Assembly: GCA_965287045.1 (NCBI GenBank)
Contig: OZ336875.1
Coordinates: forward strand, 74,772,001 to 74,836,000
Direction of reading: 5' to 3'
Origin: Carcharhinus amblyrhynchos
Taxonomy: Eukaryota
DNA length: 64,000 bases
A program made the position numbers and the translations under genes. How positions within the stretch are numbered: position 1 is the first letter of the stretch; the number at the start of each line of letters is the position of its first letter. This document shows, in pieces, positions 37,177-49,730 of the stretch. The notes beneath the pieces were generated by a model, which worked only from the letters and a program-made list of their open reading frames with translations, ran no database searches and was not told where the DNA came from.

Positions 37177-37681
37177 CGCAAGGATATTTTGGCCTTGGAG
37201 GGAGTGCAGAGGAGGTTTACTAGGCTGATACCGGAGTTGAGGGGGTTGAGCTATGAGGAGAGGCTGAATAAACTAGGCTTGTACTCGTTAGAGTTTAGAA
37301 GAATGAGGGGAGATCTCATTGAGACGTATAAGATGATGAATGGGATGGATAGGATAGAGATGGAGAGACTCTTCCTGCTCAGAAAGGACAGTAGGACTAG
37401 GGGGCACAGCCTCAAGATAAAGGGGGGGTGGTTTAGAACAGAGTTGAGGAGGAACTTCTTCACTCAAAGGGTGGTGAATCTCTGGAATGCTCTGCCCCTT
37501 GAGGTGGTGGAGGCTGCCTCGCTAAATATTTTTAAGACGCGGGTTGATGGGTTTTTGATAAGTGAGGGGATTGAGGGCGGGAAAGTGGAACTGAGCCATG
37601 ACAGATCAGCCATGATCTTATTGAATGGCGGGGCAGGCTCGAAGGGCTAGATGGCCTACTCCTCCTATTTCTTATGTTCTT
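37177..37681 (+). mobile_element. Young CR1 LINE 3' fragment (same subfamily as 34006-34920, opposite orientation)
   Basis: ORF 37189..37650 is nearly identical to 34096..34599; tail cctatttcttatgttctt. Confidence 0.95.
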
Positions 37682-38044
37682 AATGGCCTGGAAAACCAAC
37701 CTGGTTTCCAGTCCAGGCTTTAGCAATTGGGCCAGTCCAGAAGCTCATCAGTATTGTGCCATGTAAGGTGGATGGGTGGTCAAGCACATATAAATGCTCA
37801 GCCCAATGCTGTTGTGTTTCCCCAACAGTGCTAAAAATAGGTGAGCAGCCAAGGGAAAGGAACATGTGTTGTCCAGGACTTTATGGAAATGTTGTGCTGA
37901 TTAGTGTAGTCTTGAAGTTCTCTGGCTTGTTTGGCCCTTGCATCCCATGCAGCCTCTGCAGGTTCCTTTTTCACTTTGCTGGGATTTCTTAACAGTGGGT
38001 GTATCTTTGGTTTTCAGCCAGGCTGAAATTGTCTAACAGCAGTT

Positions 38045-38756
38045 CATAGAACATAGAACACTACAGCACAAACAGGCCCTTCGGCCCACGAGTTGTGCCG
38101 ATCACATCAACACCTATCTATAACCCCCAATCCCATAAAACCCCATATACTCATCCAGAAGTCTTTTAAAAGACCCCAGCGGGTTCGCCTCCACCACCAC
38201 TGACCGCAGCCGATTCCACTCACTCACCACCCTCCTGAGTGAACAACTTACCCCTAACATCACTTCTGTACTTTCCTCCCCGCACCTTCAATCTGTGTCC
38301 TCTCGTAGCGACCATTTCAACCCGGGGAAATAGCCTCTGAGAATTCACCCTATCCATTCCTCTCAACATTTTATAAACCTCTATCAGGTCGCCTCTCAAC
38401 CTTCGTCTCTCCAGGGAAAAGAGACCCAGCTCCCTCAACCTAACTTCATACGGCATGCCTCCCAGTCCAAGCAACATCCTTGTAAATCTCCTCTGTACCC
38501 TTTCAATAGCTTCTACGTCTTTCCTATAGTGAGGCGACCAGAACTGCGCACAGTACTCCAAATGAGGCCTGACAAGGGTCTTATAAAGTTGCAGCATTAC
38601 CTCCCGACTCCTAAACTCAATCCCTCGATTAATGAAGGCCAGTACACCATACGCCTTCTTGACCACCTCTTCCACCTGCGAGGCCGATTTAAGAGTCCTG
38701 TGGACCCAGACCCCAAGATCCTTCTGCTCTTCAACACTACTAAGACTCCTGCCCAT
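38045..38756 (-). mobile_element. CR1 LINE 3' fragment, second young subfamily
   Basis: ORF 38220..38840: QKDLGVWVH...LYKTLVRPHLEYCAQFWSPHYRKD; tail ttctatgtttctatg. Confidence 0.93.
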
Positions 38757-40645
38757 AGAGTTCCTGGATGACTTTTCCACAAACCAATCTTGGTGTCTTT
38801 TCTGACCATGCCATTCAACATAACTTGAATTTATTTTCAAAGGCCATTGTTCTCAGAACCTGAAGGACCCCAATTTCTGAAGTCTAACTTTTGATGGGAT
38901 GTTGCTCTTTTTAGGTGAGGGGCTAAATTTTCATATGTAGCATCCTGTGGTCTGAGGAGCATTCCCTGTTGATCATATCTCTTGCTGCTCTGGGAGGTGG
39001 TGATTACATCAGTCTCCCAGTGTTTACATATTGAGTGCATCTGTGTAACATTGTCTTCAGTTATCGACTTTCCAGCAGGTGTAAAGACTCTGAATCATAC
39101 CATTGCTGTTGCATTTCTCCACACCTTGATATCCACCCACCCCCCCCCACCCCCCAAGCACTACCCCCCAAGTCTGATGGTCTGCTTCTACCCCTCCAGA
39201 GTCCTCATCAGTGAGCTTGGCCTCCTGTGGAGTATTTGCTTTGTCAAGGCCTCGTAGAGTTTAACCAATCCTGTCGATGTCAAGGACCATTGTTTGTTTG
39301 GATGTATTTATTGCTATATATTTATCCATCTTGATTATGACAGTTCTTTGTGGCTCTATGGAAAGTGTTCATACTCTTAAGCAAGACTTGATAGAAAAAC
39401 TGACCCCCTTATGCTCTGGGTGACAGAAGAACATGCAGCCTGTAGAGAGCTGACCCTCCTACATGAGTTTTGCTCAAGACAAGTGGACGACTTTTGGTGG
39501 AGTGGTTGTGTCCCTATCTCTGGGCCCTACATTAGAACTTGTTAGCCACAGAAGGAGCATTTGTGATCTGGTTCAACAGACTGAATCAGCTCAGGAAATC
39601 TTCCACCTTTATTGTGTATGTGCTCCTTTCTCCAAAGGAGGGAGAAGAGTATCTTGGAAGATGGACTTGTATAAATACAATATTAACTGGCAGTTCTTGT
39701 TTTATTACAACTTCATGCCAACCAGAGCAGTTCTGCATTGGAGTAAGGAGAACTGCTTTATCAGAGTTCTGGTTTCTTCTTGGCTCACTTGATCTAGTAT
39801 AATGGCTGGTTGAACCATGAACATGTGTATTTCAAGATATAACTAAAAGTTGGTAAGGTGTGCACACACAGTTGATAAAAATGGTGATGGATTGTGCTCA
39901 ACCAACCTCATGGTTCTGCATATCATTTTTTTTTTGTGGCTTCCTAAGCTGAGATGACTGGAGATATGGTTGACTGCAGCATCTTCTGTCCCTGTGTTGA
40001 TGGGCCTTTATAGTTGTCTGCATCAGTGCTGCAGTGTTTTCAGTACCATGAAGGTACTGTGACATTCCCTCTGCCTTATCTGGCAAGGCAGCAGATTTTG
40101 CCCTGAGGGTTTTGGTGGCATTCTCCCTCATGCACCAGCCCAGGTGCCACCATCCCTTAAGTTGCCTGTGAATAGACCCAGTCACTGCCATGCTATGCAC
40201 AAATGGCTTATGTAGAGACAGGTAAGAAGTGTTTGTCTCTGACTGGGAACAGATATTTATCTAGCTCTGAAGTATGATGTAGTTGACTCCTACAGTAGGG
40301 ACTACCTCTGCACACCATATGCATGTATTTACTCTTTTTAGTAATACCTATCTTAGGCAGAATTTTTTAATATTGAAAATTGCAGTCTGAGTGTAGCAAA
40401 TTTGGAGTCACTGAAATTTCAGTCATGGCTTCAATTTGATCCAGGGACAAGACTAACTCTGGACAACCATTGTTTTTAATAGCCATGGTACTCATACCTT
40501 CAAGTCATTTGATTTAAACACTCTGTTATCCCTAACCAGCCTGGTATTGTGTGTATTTTACACTTCTTTGGTATTAGAGTTGTAAAGATTGATTATCCAT
40601 CACGTGTAATCATCTCTGCTCGCCAACTCCTGGACAATACAATAG

Positions 40646-41280
40646 GTTTGATTTTGTTATTGTTACATGTATTAGTATAAGTGAAAAGTGTTTTGTGCAG
40701 TTTACAGATAAAGCATACTGTATATAGAGGAGGGAGTGTAGCATTAGTCACAGCTAGGGTGTAGAGATCAATTTAGAGGTACATCCATCCAAAAGTTTGG
40801 CAGCAGGGAAGAAGCTGAGTCGATTGGTATGTGTCCTCAGACTTCTATCTTTTTTTTTTGCTGATGGAAGGTGGAAGAGAGTATGTCCGGAGTGTGTGGG
40901 GTCCTTAATCATGCTGGTTACTTTTTCCAAGGCAGCAGAAAGTGTAGGCAGTGTCAATGGATGGGAGGCTGGTTTGAGTGATAGACTGAACTTTGTTCAT
41001 GACCCTTTAATTTTTTTTGCTGTCTTGGACCAAGTAGGAGCTGCACCAAGCTGTGATGCAACCACAGAATGCTTTGTGGTGCATCTGTCAAAGTTGAGAG
41101 TCAGTGATGTGCCCAACTTCCTTGGTCTCCTGAGAAAGTAGAGATGTTGGCGGGTCACCTTGTAGCATTGACAATCTGTCCGGGTCCCTCCATACCAATG
41201 TCCAGGATGGATCTGGACGCTTAAAAATTTAGAAACGCTCAACCATTTCTACCTCACCTCCTGTCAACATTGACAGGGTT
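40646..41280 (-). mobile_element. Rex1/Babar-type LINE 3' fragment
   Basis: Minus strand QHLYFLRRPRKLG, IKDPTHSGHTLFHLPS...RLSFFPAA; aataacaaaatcaaa tail. Confidence 0.75.
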
Positions 41281-42151
41281 GGTTAAACTCTATGGACATG
41301 TCCTCTCTGACGCTTCCTGAAGTCAGACTATTAAGATACCTATTGAATGCATTGTACCATTAAACTGAATCGGAGCTTTGCCAGTTCATGGCTGCTGCCT
41401 GGAAAGATGTAAATTTTTAAAACCTTGAGGCACAAGTGGCAAAAACATAGGAAATGATCTGTCTTGAATTTGGGTTTGACTGCACTGTGCAGTGGAGAAT
41501 GTTTTCAAGCTTTCAGCTGCTCTGTTGGTTGCAGAAATGTGGATATAATGTGCTAGTGTAGATTTTTTAACTTTTTCTCTAATCTTCAACATTTTTTTTA
41601 TCTTGTTTGCAAATTGCTATCACCTTTTGTACAGCTTTTAGTTCTGTTTTTTAATTCTTTTTTTTGAAACACAACTCTTCCAGGTTGGGCCACTCTAGTG
41701 GATATAGTTTTCAATGCTTGTTTTTAAGTGTGCTGTTATGAAAAATTGAAACCCAGAAGCAACTACCAACAGAGACCTGAATCTGCTTTTTATAGCATGA
41801 TTACTCAACAAACAGGTCAAACTCTGTTCTGATGAAATGATTCAATATTTGGTCTGTCTTTTCTGCTCAACTGTGGGCAAGTTAATCAGGTTATTATGGG
41901 ATAGGTTTAATGGCTTAAACAATTCTGTAGCCTTGGGACATTGGGTATTTGGTGAACTGACCCATAGGCAGCTGGTGGATAAATAAACATCAGTTCAATA
42001 AATCTGAAAAATGTTTGGCGTCTATTACTGGGACCTGTCAAATAATGCTGATATCTTGATGTTGCTTTTGCACACTTGCATCAAGTCTGCTGCATTCTGT
42101 TTTAATGAAAGTCTAATGCTAATAAGCTTGTGATGGTCTTTCATCACCCAG

Positions 42152-42246
42152 GATTTGATGGCTACAGAGGAATTCCCATTCCTGGCAATGGAACATATGG
42201 ACCCTTTCCAAATAGAGAGTACCCTGGGATGCCATATACTCAGAGG
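42152..42246 (+). CDS. CAPRIN2: CAPRIN2 exon (95 nt): GFDGYRGIPIPGNGTYGPFPNREYPGMPYTQR
   Basis: cacccag| acceptor, AGG|gtaagg donor; matches recalled GFDTYRG...REYSGAPYSQR. Confidence 0.92.
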
Positions 42247-43861
42247 GTAAGGATACAGTATGTTATCTTGAAAATTTCCATTAAATTTAGTTCAAAATTC
42301 TCTGCCACCTTGATTCTTGAGCACACTGGCTTCATTTTCTTTAGCTAGTTTTAAGAGGAAGTTTCATGAAGAGAAATGTGAATCTTGTGGCAATTATTTT
42401 TGATTAGTAGCTGTTTAATTTTAAATCAGTGTTGTAAAAGTAACTTATTGACGACAAGGTAGATTCTGAGAGCCCCCTTGGAGGAGGGGGTATATAGATC
42501 TCTGGGGCACAGTTACAGATTAATTGTATGAAGACGGGTGAAGGAATTTTAGTGTTAATCTTTGTTGTATTACAGCATGTAGAAACTGGGAACACATTGT
42601 CAGGCTGTCTGACAAGTGAGTCGAGGATTATTGATGGCAGGCAGGAGTGGAGTTGAGGCACAATAGCGATCAAACCAACCATCTTATTTAATGGTGGAGC
42701 AGGCTTGAACAGTCAAATAGCCTTTTCCTTGGATTGTCTTTTTCCTCTTGAGACAGAAGACAGGCTTCATTTTGGTTTTCATAGTAATCTTATGAACCTT
42801 GGGCTTTTTTCTCATTGGCTTTGAAACTTAAAGCATAAATTTTATTGCTAATAAAGACTGTGGTTAACCTAGCTCACCATGGAATCTGTTCTGCCATTTC
42901 ATAAGATTATGGCTGAACTGTGACCTAACACTGCATCCTGCCTTTGCCTTTGTATCCTTTAATATCTTTGGATGATGAATCTACCAATCATTGACTTAAG
43001 AATTGATCCACCATTAACTTCCTAGAAGTGTCCTTTTTGAAAGGCCTGGCTTTAATTTTTAGATTCTATTTAACTTTGAAAAGTTGAGGATCTGGGGTAG
43101 AGAGATCTACTCCCATCCGTTCCCATATCTTAGATCAAATTACAACTTAACTATTTAAATTCTAGGGAATACAGCCATATTTTGTTTAATCTCATGAGAG
43201 AACTGTCAGTGAGAAATTGGACTTCCAAGGACTAAGTCCAAGATCAAAATTTCGTTTATCTAAGGTTTGCTGTCTAGAAAGGCTCACACTTGCATTTCAT
43301 GATGCAGTTTGTTGACTAATTGTTGCAACCAGTCTCTAGTTTAACAATAAACCCAAGCAGACACCATTGACTGAGAGCAAGGAAGATTCCTGCTCAGCAA
43401 AGTGACACCCCTCTGCACTAGGCTTCTGGCAACAGATTAGTAACTTTTTCTAGGGGAAAAACCCCACTGTGGGAACAGATGAAAGTGATGCACAAGATGG
43501 TCTAGGTACAAGAAGAGAAACATCAAGTAATGAGGTAAACTGGACCTCGGGGATTGCCATATGATGCAAATCAAACTGAATTCCAGTGATAGGAGTGGTG
43601 TGGTCTGAGCAAGTGTAGACAACCTGGTATTTTGTGCAAATTCATGAGGTACTTGATGGAGACCAAAATATTTGGCCTTAAGGGGAGAAGAACTTGTTTC
43701 TCGGAAGCAATGCCTTTTAAAGATTGCGTCTTGAGCAGTATTGCAGCTGCAGTGTACATCACCAAATCTGTGCCCTCCTGATCTCCTTTCATGATGGTCT
43801 GGAAATTATCCTAGTTCTAACCATATGGTTACGTGTAACTTCTACTTTGCCACCAATAGCT

Positions 43862-44712
43862 ACTTTGATTTATTATTGTCACACGTATTAACATAGTGAA
43901 AAGTATTATTTCTTGTGTGCGACACAAAGCATTCTGTTCATAGAGAAAGAAACGAGAATGTAGTGTTACAGTCAAAGCTAGGATGTAGAGAAAGATCAAG
44001 TTAATGCAAGGTAAGTCCAGTCAAAAGTCTGACAGCAGCAGGGAAGAAGCTGTTCTTGAGTCAGTTGGTACGTGACCTCAGACTTTTACCTTCCTCTTGA
44101 TGGAAGAGGGCGGAAGAGAATGTCCAGGGCACGTGGGGCCCTTTAATTATTCTGCCTGCTTCGCTGATGCAGTGGGGAAGTGTAGACCATCAGTGGAAGG
44201 GAGGCTGATTTGCGTGATGGGTTACAATTTTTGTAGTGCCTTGTGATCTTGGGCAGAGCAGGAGCTATACCAAGCTGATACAATCAGAAAGAATGCTTTC
44301 TATGATGCATCAGTAGAAGTTGGTGAGAGTTGTAGCTGACATGACAAATTTCCTTAGTCTTCTAAGAAAGTAGAGGCATTGATGGACTTCCTTAACTATA
44401 GTTTGGCATGGGGGGGACCAGGACAGTTGTTGATCTGGACACCTAAAAACTTAACTCTCGACCCTTTCTACTTCGTCCCTGTTGATGTAGATGGGGCATG
44501 TTCTTTAAGCTTCCTGAAGTCGATGACCATTTTTTTTTTTTGTTGACATTGAAGGAGAGATTATTGCTGCACCAGTTTACCAGATTTTGTATCCTGTTCC
44601 TGTATTCTGTTTCGTTGTTGTTTGAGATCTGACCCACTATGGTGGTGTGGTCAGCAAACTGGAAAATTTGAAGGGGAGGGGAATTTGGCTGCACAGTCAT
44701 AGCTGTATAGAT
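43862..44712 (-). mobile_element. Rex1/Babar-type LINE 3' fragment (same family as 40646-41280)
   Basis: FQFADHTTIVGQISNNNETEYRNRIQNLVNWCSNNLSFNVNK; shared 3' UTR and tail. Confidence 0.82.
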
Positions 44713-45038
44713 GTTTAGCTGCTTGGCTGCCAAGTTCTGGACTTGTCCCTCTCACTACTTTTTAAAAACCTACTACTTTGACCAAGCTTTGGTCACGTCC
44801 CAGGTGCTTCAGTGTCAAATTTGTATACTGTTTTATTACAGAAAACAAAATTCTAACAGTGAGCTGAGATTCCATCAAATGATTTTTGTGCTGATGAATG
44901 TAGGATGTGGTGCAGAGATTAGCTAGATATAGCTGATAGGATATCCTCTGGTTCTTCAAATTGTAACTGATCTGTCAGTATTTGGATGCCTTGATCCTCA
45001 TGTTTGTATTTAATTGGGCTGATGTCTGCACTTTGCAG

Positions 45039-45102
45039 GAGTCTGGTTACCAGCAGAACTACAAGCGTGGTGGAGTTGGACCTCGGGGGACCATGAGAGG
45101 AG
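45039..45102 (+). CDS. CAPRIN2: CAPRIN2 exon (64 nt): ESGYQQNYKRGGVGPRGTMRG
   Basis: ctttgcag| acceptor, GAG|gtaatt donor; matches recalled QQCYKRGG..GPR / GYQQNFKRG. Confidence 0.9.
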
Positions 45103-48100
45103 GTAATTATCTAAAATCATATTTTATACTTGGGATCACTAATGTTTAGGATCCATTTTCTTGAGTAGCTTATTGATGTCCAAACCCTGAAAGATTAATA
45201 TTTTAAACATTAACCAAATGGTATAATAATACTAAAAGTCTTCCAAGTTGTTTGCTAGCTCTTTCTGGACTCTGCATTCTTTTTATCCTTGCTACCACCC
45301 TACTCTGACTTTTAGCCAAGTCCTCACCAGGCATTGCACCAAAATGCATTGTGCAGTGCAAGTCACCCATGGACATTATGGTATGAGCTACATTGTGAGG
45401 TCATGCATGAGATGCAAGTGCCTTCTAGAAATTGGCAAAGTAAGATGCTCATTGCAAAAAAAAACTATCATTCGTAGTGATCCCTTTGCATTGTTTTCTT
45501 AATCCTAGCTTGAGGTCAGTCTGGTTTGGATCTGATTTGCATGTGCCACAGTCCTATTCTGCACAGCAGCAATGAAACATGTTGACACTGGCTGAATTGG
45601 AGGCATAGCTGCATTTTTATAGCTTCTGAAGTTTTATTTTCTGGTCAATCAACATGGAATTTATTTCCAGACTCCAATTTGACCAAATATTTAAAGCTTC
45701 CTGAAACGTTTTTTAAAAACTTGTAGTCCTAGTTGTGTTAGGCCAATCTGATTTACCCCCACCCCCTCCCTGGAATTAGGAAAATAAATGCTGGATCAAG
45801 TAGCATAATTTCTCCATGTGCACTCTTTGGGAACTATTGGACCATATTGTAATTTTGCAGACAGATCTTGAGTCTGTTAACACAAGTCCTTATTAGCTTC
45901 CATTTGCTTGCATCCCATAAAGGGTATTTCTGCTCAATAGGAAATGGTTTGGAATGTTTGTACAGAGATTTGTCTTGGTGCCATCTACTCTTGGGTGTCC
46001 AAGTTTTCTGTTTGGCTGGCAACATGCTGGTCAGTGAAGTGTAGTCTGAATAACTAGTCAGATATAGAGTTGTACTTCCAATATTTACTATCTTCTTTCT
46101 AGGAACCAACTCCAGTTGAGTTGTGGCTCATCTCCTGTAATCCTTGGGCTGAATTTTAGGAGGATTGCTTTAAATTTGACACTTAATATTTGACGTCTTG
46201 CTGCTGTTCCCATACTTCAAAATACTGGTGTGTTGATGCCAACTCTCTGCTTTAAAAACTGTGCATTAAGTGGCACAGATGCTCTGCAGCAGTTTGCTCT
46301 CTTGCTTTTAAAGCAACTTCTACAATGCTTCCTGCTTCAGGAGCATATTGTTCCTAGAATTTAAGATTTTCTGCCTCCATGTTGAAGCATCTTTGAGCAA
46401 ATAAGTACAGGAATAACAGTGGCTGCATTTAATCTTCAGGGCTCTTGGCCAGCTTTAGATTTGCCCACCAGCAATCTATTTACTGACCAGTGTTCAGTTT
46501 TTCACTTATCTTGGTGTTTCTCTGCTGCCCATGCAATTTGAAGCATTGAGCTCCGATCAGTACTAGTCTACTGGCACCGTTGTTTAAGGATGAAATGTCC
46601 AAATTTCTCTAGAGCTGGTCTAATTGTTCTAATGTGACTTAATAGTCAATCCTGCTACTTGTGCAGATGCCCAATGGTTGACCTTTCTACCAGTATACAT
46701 CTGTTTCCTCTAATTTTGAGGCCCATGGTTACCCCTCCAACAAGATGTAGAGATATTCTTGCTGCTTATTAGCATGCCCCTGAAATGGGGGAAGATCTTT
46801 GGCAACAAGTGCAGTATCACAGGAGGATTCTGACTAGTTAAAAGCTTTGGCATTCTATGTTACTGCTCTGAAGATGGATGTTTGTTCATGTGTTGCAACT
46901 GGGCTGCTGGCTGGCTGATTTTGTATGATTTGTGCATTTAACTGAACTTGTTCGCAGCACAAGCTTTTCCTAACTTCTGGTATTTTGACATGAAGTTTGG
47001 ACATCTTCATACCTGTATGGATGTGTTCATAGAAAAGTGACCTAACACTCCTCTCATAGAGGACTTCAAATCCATTCTGCAAGTGCCAGTCAGAAGGGGT
47101 CTTCCCTAAGTCCCCTTAAATAGCACAGATTTTTCTTTGTAGCATTTCAACTGATAGTCATGGTTGTTTCTGTATGCATGCATCGAAATGTCCTTACTGA
47201 AATAGCTTTTGGTGTTGGACCTGCAGCTCATTTAACATTTAGCCTCTGACCCCAAACTCCTGTCATTTTAAGTATTGTGTAGTTACTTTCTTTTGCTCCA
47301 CTTTTGTGTGAGCACTTCCTTTTTTTTTGGAGGGTCAAACTCTAAAGAGAACTAGCTACACGGAGTTTGAAATCATCTCTAACATAAGAAAAGTAATGTT
47401 TTGGTAGTATAGGATGGTGGATCCGTACCAAGGAAAGGAATTTGATTTAATTTAAATGAGACCCTCACCTATTTCTCCGTCATTTTTAATCCTTAATAGT
47501 GGTATTACTTTTTGCATTTGTTCTAAACCTGTAGCTGATGGTCTGAAGACTGAGTACCCCTGGAGGAATCTTGGGCTTTGTTTCCAGTAGGTGATATGAA
47601 ATTGATCTGCAGCATTCCTGATTGAGGCTCAGAATGATGCATGTTTTGTTTTAGACTCATGACTGAGCATAAGTCATACCATTTAAGACTAAATGCACTT
47701 CAATTTGAACAAGATAAATTAACTAATTTCTTGAAGCAAACTACAAGCTTAATCTTCTGACTTGATTAGCTGGTCAATTTGGGTCACTGAAGATTGCCTA
47801 ATTTGAATGAAGGGTGCCTGAACTGATCCTTTTTGTAAAGGAGGCAAATGGCACTATTTTGACCTGAATTGAACCTTTTTCAAGTGGATTGCTCACTTGT
47901 ATTGTGACCCTTGATTAAACTCCAATACAGTGCTGGTTTCTGGAAACCTGTGCCTTGCTTAAATAAAAAATTTCAAGTTGATTGCTGTCCAAGGTCACAT
48001 TAGGGTTTTCTCCAGTTCCTGGAGAGAATGAGAATTTCTTCTGACCTTAAGTTGCTTTTGTTTGCCTTTTCAAAAGTTAATTATACATTCACCATTTATC

Positions 48101-48115
48101 TGGACATTTAAAAAT

Positions 48116-48133
48116 CCCCCCCCCCCCCCCCCC
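48116..48133. repeat. Poly-C tract (~18 nt)
   Basis: Read directly; a poly-G tract also occurs at ~5563-5576 and (GGT)n at ~58765-58785. Confidence 0.85.
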
Positions 48134-48820
48134 TGTTGAATTAGTGACATGCTCAAGTAAGAGCATTTTGTCAATCCAAGTAGCTAATTCCTTTTGGAAG
48201 TTGACATCTCATCAAGGGAGTTGACTGTTCAGGGCATTGTCCAACAGTGTTCTTGTCTAGCAAAAAGTACTTTGCTTTCCTGCTTTGTGTGGAGTTTGGC
48301 CCTGTACTAATTGGGCACCATTTTTTGTGTTGACTTCTCCTAGATGGAAGTTTTTTACTGAATAGTGACCTTGAAAGAAATTGCTCCTCACGTCCTACTT
48401 TTGCCTGTTCAATGTTTGTGTAAAACATCATTCTGCAGATTCACCATCTTTTTTCACATGTCTTTTCAACCCTTTGATGTAAATATTAATGTGTCCAATA
48501 GTGTGGCTGTTCTAAAATTATCCAATATAAAACCATTAAGAAGTAACTTGACTTTGAATTTGTAGAATGATGCAGGGAGCAAACCATAAACAAGGGGTTC
48601 TTAAAATTGTTCTTTTTCTAGTTTCAAAAATGATTTATCATGTGGGGGAGTTGCTTTTGTTTCTGGAAGTTGTGATAGAAATGGCTTCTAATGTCTGGAG
48701 TTAGCAATCATGTTTTGTGGGGGTGGTGGGTGAAAGGGTGGAAATTCTCGGGGTTGCACTTTTTAGATTGGAATGTAATATTGCCTTGTCGAGCAGAATG
48801 GGAAATTTTTCAACCTTTAG

Positions 48821-49410
48821 CAGGTCCTAATTACTCAACTGCAGGGTGGAGCGATTCATCTCAGATGAACAGTCCAGAGCAAGACAGTGAGCACTTCAAC
48901 AGTGGGGATTCTGGACAAGGAGACTCGCGAAGCATTACTCCAGTGGATATGCCAGTGTCCAGCCAAGCTGCCACCATCTTGCCAGTACATGTCTACCCTC
49001 TCCCTCAGCAGATGAGAGTGGCCTTCTCCACAGCAAGGACCTCTAACTTTACCCCTGGATCTCTGGACCAGCCCATTATCTTTGACCTTCTGCTCAATAA
49101 CCTTGGAGAAACATTTGACTTTCAGTTGGGGCGTTTTACCTGCCCTGTGAATGGCACCTATGTCTTCATCTTTCACATGCTGAAGCTGGCTGTGAATGTG
49201 CCGCTCTATGTAAACCTGATGAAGAACGATGAAGTCTTGTGCTCAGCTTATGCCAATGATGGGGCCCCAGATCATGAGACTGCTAGCAACCATGCTGTTC
49301 TTCAGCTGTTCCAGGGTGATCAGATCTGGCTGCGATTGCACAGAGGTGCCATCTATGGTAGCAGCTGGAAGTACTCTACCTTTTCTGGCTACCTCTTGTA
49401 TCAGGACTGA
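48821..49410 (+). CDS. CAPRIN2: CAPRIN2 terminal coding exon with C1q domain (AGWSDSSQ...RVAFS...FSGYLLYQD*)
   Basis: cctttag| acceptor; translation nearly identical to recalled caprin-2 C-terminus; stop TGA at 49408-49410. Alternative in-frame acceptors at 48824 and 48845. Confidence 0.97.
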
Positions 49411-49412
49411 AA

Positions 49413-49418
49413 AATAAA
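49413..49418 (+). terminator. Possible proximal poly(A) signal AATAAA 2 nt after the stop codon
   Basis: Hexamer present; downstream GU-rich element is weak. Confidence 0.3.
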
Positions 49419-49523
49419 TGTGCTTTAATAGCTAAAATGCTTTGCACTCTGATCACTGTATCAAGGGTCACTGAAGTGAGTTGCCAGCAATGACATGTTA
49501 AATTGTTGTAGTGGTTTTTTCTG

Positions 49524-49557
49524 GAGTTTGGATTTGCACTGAGTTTGGATTTGCACT
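49524..49557 (+). repeat. Perfect 17-bp tandem duplication (gagtttggatttgcact x2) in the CAPRIN2 3' UTR
   Basis: Read directly from the sequence. Confidence 0.9.
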
Positions 49558-49724
49558 GACTGGGCACTTTAACCTGTGATGCCTTGCTGGTAGAGCTGTG
49601 AATATATTCTGTTACAGAATGTTACGACTTGCACTTGTCAGTCAAAGACAATTTGTGTGACTGTTCAAATGGATAGACTCCCTTAGCAAGATATCCTGCT
49701 ATTTACAATGCCTCATGGTGCCTC

Positions 49725-49730
49725 AATAAA
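49725..49730 (+). terminator. Poly(A) signal AATAAA (likely main CAPRIN2 3' end)
   Basis: AATAAA followed ~12-30 nt later by a GT/T-rich element (tttggttggttggtgttttg). Confidence 0.7.

Larger units (their letters stand above)
35750..39330 (-). mobile_element. Old RTE-like LINE remnant interrupted by two CR1 insertions; boundaries approximate
   Basis: Minus strand near 36890-36920 reads NLTKAFDT (RT motif); degenerate collinear segments flank the CR1s at 37177-37681 and 38045-38756. Confidence 0.5.
808..49410 (+). other. CAPRIN2: CAPRIN2 gene, 3' portion (15 coding exons in window; 5' exons upstream of window)
   Basis: Exons with AG/GT(GC) boundaries and compatible phases sum to 2290 nt (1 nt completing an upstream codon + 763 codons including stop). 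Peptides match recalled caprin-2 motifs: WELLEG..KMVAGSTYKHLK, FLNRQY, LPKDPELRRQKLQDLMSQIQGT, PFQAMQTVFNVNAPLPP, RGG boxes and a C-terminal C1q domain, which Caprin-1 lacks. Confidence 0.96.

Noticed and set aside
34096-38840. Long ORFs (167, 153, 206 aa) and their antisense ORFs as host genes
   Set aside because: They are 5'-truncated CR1 ORF2 C-termini; the antisense ORFs are by-products.
48691-48820. N-terminal 43 aa of ORF 48691..49410 as a stand-alone single-exon C1q gene
   Set aside because: This part is intronic read-through upstream of the splice acceptor; caprin-2 similarity starts after 48821 and the phase matches the preceding exon.
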